Shown here: in pieces, positions 27,547 to 36,917 of the stretch
Layout: the number at the start of each line of letters is the position of its first letter
Position numbering within the stretch: the stretch's first letter is position 1
NCBI GenBank assembly: GCA_050951095.1
Contig: JBMNIQ010000002.1
Coordinates: 239,099-303,098 of the forward strand
Direction: 5' to 3'
DNA: 64,000 nt
Source of the DNA: Eggerthellaceae bacterium
Lineage (GTDB): Bacteria > Actinomycetota > Coriobacteriia > Coriobacteriales > Eggerthellaceae
Translations under genes and position numbers: made by a program
The notes under the pieces: generated by a model
Databases searched by the model: none
The model's input: only the letters and a program-made list of their open reading frames with translations
Told to the model about the DNA's origin: nothing

Positions 27547-27622
27547 TGGTGCCCCCGGGCGGATTCGAACCGTCGACACCCGCTTTAGGAGAGCGGTGCT
27601 CTATCCCCTGAGCTACGGAGGC
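27547..27622 (-). tRNA. tRNA-Arg (anticodon CCU), CCA encoded
   Basis: The hand-folded cloverleaf has acceptor GCCTCCG/CGGGGGC, anticodon stem CCGCT/AGCGG, loop CUCCUAA and T-loop GGTTCGAATCC. Confidence 0.9.
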
Positions 27623-27630
27623 GAAGTTAA

Positions 27631-27662
27631 TACCGAGAGGCTATTGTAGCAGCCTCTCGGTA
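27631..27662 (-). terminator. Hairpin after pknB
   Basis: TACCGAGAGGCT-8 nt-AGCCTCTCGGTA, 4 nt downstream of the pknB stop. Confidence 0.5.
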
Positions 27663-27665
27663 CGA

Positions 27666-29618
27666 TTAATTGCTCGATTTGCTGCTCTTGGATGAGCTGC
27701 TGGAGCTCGACGAAGAGCTTGAGCTGCTGGAACTCGAAGAGCTGCTGCTGGATTCCTCCACCGTCAGGTAGATGGTGTCGCCCTTCGACGCGGACGTGGG
27801 GGAGTAGCCGGTTACCGTGCCACTTGTGCTGCTTGCACTTACCTTGAACCCTGCAGCGCGCAGCGTGCTGGTAGCGGACTTCACGGACATGCCGGTGACG
27901 TTCGGAACATCCACTTCATTCGGGCCCGTGCTGACCACGATGGTGATCGTGGAGCCCTTGTCGGCCTGCGAACCACCCGACGGGTTCTGCGAGATAACGT
28001 CGCCCTTGCTTACCGTGTCGCTGGAATCGTTCGTGACGTACACTTCGAAGCCGGCGTTGCTCAGCGTGCTGGTAGCCGAACTCTGGCTCTGGCCGGTGAC
28101 ATCCGGCACGGAGACCTGCGAAGGACCAAGCGAAACAACGTACGTGACTTCGCTGCCCTTATCTACCAGCGTATTTGCCGACGGGTCGGTGCTGATGATC
28201 TTGCCCTTGGCAACCGTATCGGAATTCTGCGAATCGCCAGCCGTAGCGGTCAGGCCTGCTTCCGTCAATGCGGCAACGGCCTTCGCCTCCGACTTGCCGG
28301 TCACGTCGGGCACGTTCACCTGCTCTGTGCCCTTCGACACGTTGATGTTCACACGCGTGCCCTGATCAGCCTGCGTGCCTGCCTGCGGGTCCGTGCTGAC
28401 AACCTTGCCCTTTTCGACGGTGGTGCTGTACACCTCCGTGACGGTGCCGATGGAATAGCCGTCGCTCGACAGCGTCTGCTCGGCGGTGTTCAGCTCCTGG
28501 CCGGTGACATCCGGCACGGTGTGCGTATTCATCATGGCCCAAGCGGCATAGCCGATGGCTGCGGCAATAAGGAGCAACAGGATAACGATGAGCGCCTTCT
28601 TCTTGCCGCTCATCTTCTGCTTCTTGCCGCTGTTCGCACGGAAGTCCGTCTTATGCGAAGCCGGCTGGTTGTCATCCTTAATGGCATTCATGACCTTCGT
28701 GGTACCGGCGCCGGCGGGCACATAGGCACCAGCAGGGGCGGCAGCCGTATTCATCTGCTGCGTCCGCGCTTCGGAGAAGCGGTTGCCCAGGCGTCCCGCC
28801 AGGTAGTCCGTCAGCACCTGGCGCATTTCCAGAGCGGTGGAGAAGCGACGGTTCGGGTCCTTCTCCATGGCCTTCATGATGATGCTTTCCAGGTTCGGGT
28901 CGATGTCGGGTACCCAATGGCTGGGCGGCTCCGGCGTCTCCTTCACCTGCTTCATGGCAACGCTGACGGCATCGGGGCCGTCGAACGGCAGATGGCCGGT
29001 CACGGCTTCGTACATGACAATGCCCAGCGAATAGATGTCGCTTGCAGCGGTGAGCTCCTTGCCCTGCGCCTGTTCCGGCGAGATGTAATGCGCCGTTCCC
29101 AGCACGGACGAGGTCTGCGCCTTCATGGAGTTCTTCGCGCGTGCAATGCCGAAGTCCATGACTTTGATGTTGCCATCAGGCTGAATCATGATGTTCTGCG
29201 GCTTGATGTCGCGGTGGATGATGTCCAGATGATGGGCTACGCTCAGCGCCTGGCATACCTGGGAGCCGATCTGCGCCACCTTGCGTTCGCTGATGGCGCC
29301 GCGCTCCTGGATAGCGGTCTTAAGGTCGGATCCGCGCACGTACTCCATGACGATGTAGTACGTGCCTTCGTCCTGACCCCAGTCGTAAACATTGACGATA
29401 TAAGGACTCTGCAGGTTGGCGGCAGCAGAGGCCTCTTGTCGGAAACGACGGGTGAAATCGGGATCTTCCGCGTATTGAGGGAGCATGACCTTCACGGCCA
29501 CCACTCGGCCGAGCACGTTGTCCTGGGCACGGTAAACCTCTGCCATGCCACCGATGCCAATGCGCTCAGTGATGCGGTAACGTCCGTTGAAGGTTCTGCC
29601 AACCATGTTTCCGGCCAC
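27666..29618 (-). CDS. pknB: Ser/Thr protein kinase with four PASTA repeats and a C-terminal poly-Ser tail
   Basis: [22 protein letters not shown], DFGIA and SPEQ motifs. A TM helix is followed by four ~65-aa PASTA units. GTG start behind AAGGAG. Confidence 0.92.
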   Translation of the reverse strand: [650 protein letters not shown]

Positions 29619-29728
29619 GTTTAAACTCCTTTTGGATACATGCTAAAGCGAACCTGAATCGACTGCTTTAGCTTACTCCATTTCGCACTTCACCAGACGG
29701 TTGAATAGGTACTCAACCGAATTGTTTC

Positions 29729-32497
29729 TTACAAATCTCCCTGTTCTTTAAGGGCGGTCTCCAGCACGTCATGTGCCGCGCTGGTTGCGGTGCCCTCATC
29801 GGATTCCTCGCAGACCATTGCGATAACCACATCGGCGTCATCGCTGGGGCCCATGCCCACGAACCACGAGTTGTCCTTTTCCTTGCCCGTCTCGGCCGTG
29901 CCGGTCTTGCCGGCAATGGTCACGCCGTCAACAGCCGCCGCAGTACCGGTACCGCTCTTGACAACGGTTTCCAGCACCTTGCGCACGCGCTTTGCGGTGC
30001 TGCTGCTGATGGGGGACAGGTACGCCTCCGAAGACGCCGTGTAGCTGCGCACGCCGTCGGAATTGTAGATGCCGTCCACCAAGTACGGCTTCTCGATTAC
30101 GCCGTTGTTCGCAATGGCGCAACCCACCATGGCCATCTGCAGCACGGTTGCCTGCGGGCCGGCTGGGCTGGAATGCTCGCCGACGGGCTGGCCGTCAGCG
30201 GCCCACGCGGTTTCCCACTCGGTCATCTGGTCCGGATCGGGCATGAGCGACGTGTACAGCGGGATGTCGAAGTCAAGTTCGCGGTTGAAGCCGAAGTTCT
30301 TCGCGCTGGCAACCAGCTTGTCGGCACCGATCTGTTGGCCGACCTGGGCGAACACGGTGTTCGACGAAAGCGCGGTTGCCTGCGTCAGCGTCAACGTGCC
30401 GTAGTTGTTGTGGTCGAAGTTGTACACCTTGCCGCCGCCGATGGTGATGCTGCCGGGCGACGAATACGTGCTGTCCTCGGAGGCGATGTTGTTCTCCAGG
30501 GCCGTGGACAGCGTCACGATCTTGAACGTGGAACCGGGCGCGTACAGCGTGTTCGTTGCACGGTTCAGCAGCGCGCCGTTGGACACATCCGTGGGCGTGT
30601 CCTTACCTGCCAGGATCTTGTCGATCTTGTTCGCGTTGTACGTGGGCGCCGTTGCCATGGCAAGGATGGCGCCCGTCTTCGGGTTGATGACCACGCATGC
30701 GCCCTTGCGACCCTCGAGCGCCTTGTTCGCCGCCTTCTGGATCTTCGAGTTCAGCGTCAGCGTGATGTCGTTGCCCTTCACGCCGGCGCCGCTCATGCCG
30801 GCAAGCACGTCGCTCCACGACGAGTAGCTTTCAGAACCGGTCAGCTGCGAATTGTATTTCTGCTCGATGCCGGAGGTGCCGTACTGCGTGGAGGCGTAGC
30901 CCACCACGTTGCTGGCCAACGTGCCGGCGGGGTATTCGCGTTTATAGACGTTCGTTCCCTCTTGCAACACGCTGCGCGCAAGCACTACGCCATCGCTGGT
31001 GCTGATAGTGCCGCGTTGGTTCTTCTCCTGCTTTGCAATGGTGTGGTTGTTGTTCGCCATATTCTGGATGTCGCTGGCCTCGGCCACCATGACGTACGTC
31101 AGATTGCCCAGCAGCACGGCGAACAGGATGCAGATAACGGCCAGCACGGCGTTGATGCGCTTGCCCAGCGACACGCGGCCCAGCACGCCGATGCTCTGCA
31201 TGGACGTGGTGTTCTGCTGTATCTCGGAACCTAAGCCGGTGCCTTCGTCGCCGCATCGCAGCAACATGCCCACGGCCATGAAGCTGGCCAGCAGCGAGGA
31301 ACCGCCTTGGCTGATGAACGGAAGCGTCAGGCCAGTCAGGGGGATGAGGTCCGTGACGCCGCCGACGATGATGAACGCCTGCAGCGCGATGGTGGACGTC
31401 AGGCCCACGGCGATGAACGAGCTCACGTCGCTCTTCGCGCGCGCTGCGGTCAGCAGGCCGCGGACGGCGAAGCAGACGTACATGAGCAGGATGGCGCCGG
31501 CGCCCAGCAGGCCCGTCTCCTCGGCGATGGCGGAGAAGATGAAGTCGCTTTCCACAACAGGGATCTGTTCGGCCATGCCGTTGCCGATGCCCACGCCGAA
31601 CATGCCGCCGTCAGCAATGCTATACAGCGATTGCGCCAGCTGGTAGCCCGTGTCCTGAGCGTCTGCGAACGGGTTCAGCCACGTGTTCACGCGGACCTGG
31701 ACATGCCCGAACGCCATATAGGCGGCCACGCCGCCGATGGCGGCCAGCAGGATGCCGAACAGCAGGTAGGACTTCTTGCCGGTAGCCGTGTACAGCATGG
31801 TCAGGAACACGAGGAAGACCACCAGGGCGGAACCCAGGTCCCTCTCGAAGATGACGATGACCATGGAGATGCCCCACATCAGCAGCAGCGGCAGCATGGT
31901 TCGCAGGTCGGGGATGTGGAACGGGCCCACCTTCACGGTGAACACGGACAGCATCTCGCGGTTCTGCGCCAGGTAGGCGGCCAGGAACAACACGATGCAC
32001 AGCTTCGCCAGCTCGCCGGGCTGGAACGAGAAACCGCCGATGGACAGCCAAATGCGCGAACCGTACTGCTCCATGCCGATGCCGGGCAGCAACGGAGAAA
32101 GCAGCAGGACGACGCCGATGGCCATCAGCGTGTATTTGTATTTCGCGGACTTGTCTATGCGGCGCACGAACACCAGGATCAGGACCATGAAGGCGATGCT
32201 CACATACAGCCAGATCAGCTGGCGGATGGCCATGTCGGGGGCCAGGCGCGTGACGAAGGCGATGCCGATGCCGGAAAGCGCGTACGCCAGCGGCAGGATG
32301 GCGGGGTCGGCGCCCGGCGCGAACTTGCGCACGGCCAGGTGCGATATGGCGAACGCCACGAAGATGCCGATGGGCGTTCCCAGCGTCTCAACGGTGGGCG
32401 TGCCGCCGTTGTTCACGATGAGCATGGCAAACGGGAGGATGACGATCGGCGTCGCCACCAGCAACAGAATAAGCTCGATATTGCGTCTTGACATCAC
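29729..32497 (-). CDS. Single-ORF fusion of a SEDS glycosyltransferase (RodA/FtsW) and a class B PBP transpeptidase (PbpA)
   Basis: Residues 1 to ~430 are polytopic SEDS (SFQPGELAKL, PLTGLTLPFISQGGSS). These are followed by a TM anchor and a PBP with STFK, SSN and KTGTA motifs. No stop lies between the two parts. Confidence 0.85.
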   Translation of the reverse strand: MMSRRNIELILLLVATPIVILPFAMLIVNNGGTPTVETLGTPIGIFVAFAISHLAVRKFAPGADPAILPLAYALSGIGIAFVTRLAPDMAIRQLIWLYVSIAFMVLILVFVRRIDKSAKYKYTLMAIGVVLLLSPLLPGIGMEQYGSRIWLSIGGFSFQPGELAKLCIVLFLAAYLAQNREMLSVFTVKVGPFHIPDLRTMLPLLLMWGISMVIVIFERDLGSALVVFLVFLTMLYTATGKKSYLLFGILLAAIGGVAAYMAFGHVQVRVNTWLNPFADAQDTGYQLAQSLYSIADGGMFGVGIGNGMAEQIPVVESDFIFSAIAEETGLLGAGAILLMYVCFAVRGLLTAARAKSDVSSFIAVGLTSTIALQAFIIVGGVTDLIPLTGLTLPFISQGGSSLLASFMAVGMLLRCGDEGTGLGSEIQQNTTSMQSIGVLGRVSLGKRINAVLAVICILFAVLLGNLTYVMVAEASDIQNMANNNHTIAKQEKNQRGTISTSDGVVLARSVLQEGTNVYKREYPAGTLASNVVGYASTQYGTSGIEQKYNSQLTGSESYSSWSDVLAGMSGAGVKGNDITLTLNSKIQKAANKALEGRKGACVVINPKTGAILAMATAPTYNANKIDKILAGKDTPTDVSNGALLNRATNTLYAPGSTFKIVTLSTALENNIASEDSTYSSPGSITIGGGKVYNFDHNNYGTLTLTQATALSSNTVFAQVGQQIGADKLVASAKNFGFNRELDFDIPLYTSLMPDPDQMTEWETAWAADGQPVGEHSSPAGPQATVLQMAMVGCAIANNGVIEKPYLVDGIYNSDGVRSYTASSEAYLSPISSSTAKRVRKVLETVVKSGTGTAAAVDGVTIAGKTGTAETGKEKDNSWFVGMGPSDDADVVIAMVCEESDEGTATSAAHDVLETALKEQGDL

Positions 32498-32506
32498 TCA
32501 TCACCC

Positions 32507-33685
32507 CTAATCGGCGGTCGATGAAGAGGAGCTGCTGCTACTCGAGCTGCTCGACTTCTTTTCGTTCTGCTTTTTCTTCTGCGCGGTTGCCTGGGCAGCT
32601 TCCTGCGCCGCCTTGGCTTCGCTCTCGTATTCGGAAACCAGGTTCGCGGCCTCGTCGAGGTTGTCCACCTGGATGTTCTGCTTGATGTGCTCCTGCACGC
32701 CGGGCTGCAAGTCGCTCAGGCTGACGTCCGTCACATAGCTGAGCTGCGACGTCTCTATGCCGAAGATGGCCCCGGGTGTGCCGGTGTACACGGCCACCTT
32801 GCCGTCTTGCTCGCCGATGTACGCGCTGTTGCTGAAGTAGTAGTACGCGCCCGCGCAACCGCCGGCGATGACTGCCGCCAGCAGCAGGATGATGAACGTC
32901 CACCACAGGCGCGAACGGCGTGCGATGCGCTTGCGCGTGGCCACCGTGTCGCCCACGATGTCCACGACCACGACCGTGACGTTGTCCAGGCCGCCGGCGC
33001 TGATGGCATCGTTGACCAGGGCGCTTGCGCAGCGTTGCGGGTCGCGAATACGGGCCAGCTGCGACTGGATGCGGCTGTTCTCCACCATGCTGTACAGGCC
33101 GTCGCTGCAGAGCAGCAGGCGGTCGCCGGGGGACGCCGTGATTTCGTACAGGTCGGGTTGCATGTTCGGGTCGCTGCCGATGGCGCGCGTGATGATGGAG
33201 CGGTTCGGATGGACGCGGGCTTCCTCTTCCGTGAGTCGGCCGGCCTCTACCATGTCCGCCACCAGGCTGTGGTCGCGCGTCAGCTGCTGCAGCTTGCCAT
33301 GGTGCAGCAGGTAGGCGCGCGAGTCGCCCACGTGTGCGATGGCCAGATGCGTGCCTTCGATGACGCATGCCGTCATGGTGGTGCCCATGCCGGCAAGTTC
33401 GGCGCGCAGCGCTTCGTTGATTACGGCGTGATTCGCCTTGATGACCGCTTCGCCCAGCATATCCACATCTGCGGTGGTCGGCGCGTTCTTCATCAGGACC
33501 TTGACGGCGAGCTCGGACGCAACATCGCCGGCGGCATGACCTCCCATGCCGTCCGCTACGGCGAACAGCGGAGGCGAAACCGCCAGGCTGTCCTCGTTGC
33601 GTTCGCGCACGCAGCCAACGTCGGTGCGGCTGCCGAAAATCGCGTGGGTGCGCGGCATTTTCTGCTTCAAAGGATTGCGTGGCAT
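32507..33685 (-). CDS. pstP: PP2C-family Ser/Thr phosphatase with a TM anchor and extracellular tail
   Basis: [23 protein letters not shown] and LLLCSDGL motifs, a TM helix, and a tail ending in poly-Ser. Confidence 0.9.
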   Translation of the reverse strand: [392 protein letters not shown]

Positions 33686-34116
33686 TATGCGTACCTCACG
33701 CGAATGGCCACGTCGCCGACGTTCACCACGTCACCGCTCTTCAGCACGGTGGGCTCGGTGATGCGCTGGCCGTTCACGGCCGTTCCGTTCGTGGAACCCA
33801 GATCCTCGATGAACAGGTTCTGGCCCATGATGGTGAAGCGCGCGTGACGGCCGGAGACGTACTCCGCTCCGATGACGATGTCGGATCCCGGGCTGCGGCC
33901 GATGATAACGGGGCCGCGAACGGTGATCTTCACGCCGCGCAGCTCTTTCGGGCCGCGTTCCACGGCTACCGTCCAGTTCTTCGTCTGCTTGCGCTGACCG
34001 CGGACGGCACCGATGCCGGTTTTCATGATGGCAAACAGGAACACGAACATCAGCGCGATGAACAATATTCGCGCTACGAGCAATGTCATATCTATCAACG
34101 GAGCAACTCCTGACAC
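33685..34116 (-). CDS. fhaB: Membrane-anchored FHA-domain protein (FhaB/FipA-like)
   Basis: N-terminal TM plus an FHA core (GRSPGSDIVI..SGRHARF..DLGSTNGTAVNG). Confidence 0.85.
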   Translation of the reverse strand: MSGVAPLIDMTLLVARILFIALMFVFLFAIMKTGIGAVRGQRKQTKNWTVAVERGPKELRGVKITVRGPVIIGRSPGSDIVIGAEYVSGRHARFTIMGQNLFIEDLGSTNGTAVNGQRITEPTVLKSGDVVNVGDVAIRVRYA

Positions 34117-34177
34117 TCGAAGCTGAGGGCATACGTGCCCATTGCAGCGGAAATCATGCTAGCTTCCGACTTCTCCT

Positions 34178-35335
34178 TTAATGCCGGCAAGTGAACAGAT
34201 AGTTCGTCAAACCGATGGTGATGCGGTCGCCTTCCTGCAGGCGCTGGGAGGCGATTCGCTGGCCGTTGACCTTCGTCCCGTTCGTGGAATCCAGGTCCGT
34301 GATGATCCAGGAACCGTCAGGCTGTGCCTGAAGGCGCGCATGCATGCGGCTGGCGTTGATGTCGCTGACGGCGATGTCGGAATCTGCGCCGCGGCCCAGC
34401 GTGTACGTGCCGGGCTCCAGGTTCTCGATGCGGTTCGTGGACATGTTCGTCAGGCGAATGGGCTTGGATGCCGCCGCCGGGGCGTTGTTGATGAGCTGCG
34501 TGGCAGCTGCGCTGTTGACGCCGTGCGGGCGGGCATTCGAAGGAGCGGACTCGTAGATGGGAGGCGCGCTGACTGCCTGGGCGCGGTTGCGGCCCTGGGC
34601 GAAGTCCTCGCCGTTGTAGGGGTATTCGCCGTAATTGGCGGAACGGTTCATCTCGGATTCGGGAGCATAGGAAAATTCGTTCGGGGCCTGCGCAGCATGC
34701 GATTGGGGCGCGGGTGCGGGCGCCTGGTAGGCGGGAGCTTGCTGGTAGGCGGGCTGGGCTGCCGGCTGCGGCGCGGGCTGCTGCGGCATGGACTGGCGTG
34801 CCGCCTGCTGGGCGTCGCGCGCGGCCTGCTGATGCGCAGCGTGGCTGTGGGCGCCGGTGACGTGGCGGTAGTTGCTCTGCTCGAAGTTCTGCGCCTGGCC
34901 TACGGGGCGGCTGTTGCCGATGCCGTAGCGCGCCATTTCCTCAGCGCGGAGCTGCTTGATAATGGGCGCGGACACCATTTCGGCGATGATGTCGAAGCGG
35001 CCGTGCTTCAGGTCGTCGTCCACGATGAAGCGGACCAGGGGCTGGCCGTCCATCAACAGGCCCTCTTCCTGGGCCTTTGCGGCAAGATACGTTTCCGTTT
35101 CGCCTGCAAGCGTGGGGTAGTACCCGAACAGGCGCTGGTCGTCTTGCGGGTTGACCAGGACGGTGTACAACGTGGGCGCGTATTCCTTGCCCGCGCCGAC
35201 CATCTTCTCCTGCTTCATGGCCTTTTCAGCCTTCTTGGAAATCTGAACAGGGGAAATAGGCGCGTCGAACATCTTGTCCGCGGCTCCCTCGAGCCCGTTT
35301 TCCATGTGCTTCTCGAAGCGCGAGAAAAGACCCAT
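34178..35335 (-). CDS. fhaA: FhaA-like protein (DUF3662-type N-domain, Q/A/P-rich linker, C-terminal FHA)
   Basis: Start at MGLFSRFEKH (ATG 35335, AAGGAG upstream). FHA core LGRGADSDIAV..RMHARL..DLDSTNGTKVNG. Confidence 0.85.
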   Translation of the reverse strand: MGLFSRFEKHMENGLEGAADKMFDAPISPVQISKKAEKAMKQEKMVGAGKEYAPTLYTVLVNPQDDQRLFGYYPTLAGETETYLAAKAQEEGLLMDGQPLVRFIVDDDLKHGRFDIIAEMVSAPIIKQLRAEEMARYGIGNSRPVGQAQNFEQSNYRHVTGAHSHAAHQQAARDAQQAARQSMPQQPAPQPAAQPAYQQAPAYQAPAPAPQSHAAQAPNEFSYAPESEMNRSANYGEYPYNGEDFAQGRNRAQAVSAPPIYESAPSNARPHGVNSAAATQLINNAPAAASKPIRLTNMSTNRIENLEPGTYTLGRGADSDIAVSDINASRMHARLQAQPDGSWIITDLDSTNGTKVNGQRIASQRLQEGDRITIGLTNYLFTCRH

Positions 35336-35509
35336 CGGTGCTCCTTTGCTGTGGTTTTGCTGCTGTAGATTCAACAAAACACTATGCCATAAAGCGCAAG
35401 CGTTAAATGTGTTTTCTATTTAATCGTCACGTGAAATTTGGCTGTTTACGTGCGGATTAGCGCTACACGACCGCTGCGTTGCCGACCCGTGGCCGGCCCA
35501 TGGAGCCCG

Positions 35510-36454
35510 CTAGATAATGCACATGGTGACAAGCGGGATGGTGATGATGGACAGAATAGTGGTCAGGAACATGCATTGGGACGTGGTGGTCAGGTCGCCG
35601 CCGTACGTCAGGCACATGACGGTGCCCAGAGCCGCGGCGGGCATGGCGGACACCAGCGTGATGGTGGCCAGCAGGTAGGGGTCCGAGATCATGAAGCCGC
35701 CCAGGAAGAAGACGATGGCGGGCGCCATAAGCAGGCGTCCCAGCGCGCTGACGTAGCCCCACTTGTTTTTAAGCATGGCCCCCAGCTGGTATTTCGCCAG
35801 CGTAGAGCCAATGACGAGCATACTGGCGGGCGGCGTCATGGCGCCGATGAGCGAGCACGTTTTCCCGATGATGCCGCTGTCCGTGACGTGCAGCAGCGCC
35901 AGCACCAGCGCTACGATGCAGGTGATCATGGTGGGGCTGATCAGGTTCTTCTTCAGGTATTCCAGCTGCTCGCGCCGCGAGAGCTTGACGCTGCCGGAGC
36001 GCGCCATGAAGAATGCGCCCACGCTGAAGATGAACAGGTTGAACGGGATATTGTAGATGGAGGCGTACAGCACGGAGTTGCTGCCCAGGATGGCGCCGCA
36101 GACCGCGAAGCCGATGAACCCGGTGTTGCCGAACGCGATGGTGAACGAATGAGCACCGCGCGTGTTGACGGGGGCACGGAAGATGATGGGGATAAGGTAC
36201 GCCAGCACGAAGATGGGCAGATACGTGACGATGGATACGCCCAGCACCTGCAAGATGACGTCGTCGGAGGGCAGTTGCGAGTTCGACAGCACGGAATCCA
36301 GGATCATGGCCGGGCAGGTGATGGTCATGATGAGCTTCGACATGGCGGCATCGAAGTGGTCGTCCATCAAGTGGATCTTACGCGCCATATAACCGAGGGC
36401 GATGGTGATGAACAGCATGATCATGGTGGATCCTGCATTCAGGAATGTGTCCAT
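35510..36454 (-). CDS. AEC (auxin efflux carrier)-family transporter
   Basis: About 10 helices in two halves. The family call is by overall resemblance. Confidence 0.7.
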   Translation of the reverse strand: MDTFLNAGSTMIMLFITIALGYMARKIHLMDDHFDAAMSKLIMTITCPAMILDSVLSNSQLPSDDVILQVLGVSIVTYLPIFVLAYLIPIIFRAPVNTRGAHSFTIAFGNTGFIGFAVCGAILGSNSVLYASIYNIPFNLFIFSVGAFFMARSGSVKLSRREQLEYLKKNLISPTMITCIVALVLALLHVTDSGIIGKTCSLIGAMTPPASMLVIGSTLAKYQLGAMLKNKWGYVSALGRLLMAPAIVFFLGGFMISDPYLLATITLVSAMPAAALGTVMCLTYGGDLTTTSQCMFLTTILSIITIPLVTMCII

Positions 36455-36554
36455 GCGAACCCCTCCCTTCAGTCCGATGCGTTCAGTCTAACGTGGCATG
36501 TGCCTGTTATAGAACGCAAAAAGCGCCCGCCTTACGGCGAGCGCTTGCAGTTTC

Positions 36555-36641
36555 TGGTGCGGGTGAAAGGACTTGAACCTTCATGAAGTTGCCTTCATAC
36601 GGACCTGAACCGTACGCGTCTGCCAATTCCGCCACACCCGC
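36555..36641 (-). tRNA. tRNA-Leu (anticodon CAG), long variable arm, CCA encoded
   Basis: Hand fold: acceptor GCGGGTG/CACCCGC, anticodon loop UUCAGGU, 14-nt variable arm. Confidence 0.9.
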
Positions 36642-36917
36642 ATGTGCTTTGTGACGCAAGCAAGGACTATACATACTTTGCTTGGGAATTGCAAGGGGAA
36701 GTTCCCAGATTTTTTTAAATTGCTTGTTGTGTGTGGGAGATATGCAGGTTGACGCGTGTTTGGCGCCTTGCCAAGCCGGTGCCTGCACCGCGCCCGCGGT
36801 CCGAGCGTGCGCCCGCCCTGCGGCCACTGCGCTCTCGGGGCCGGCGGGGCCCGCGCGCCTGCGGCCTAGCGTGCGCTGTGCCGTGCCCGTGACGCGACGG
36901 CAGGCCCGCGTTTCCCG

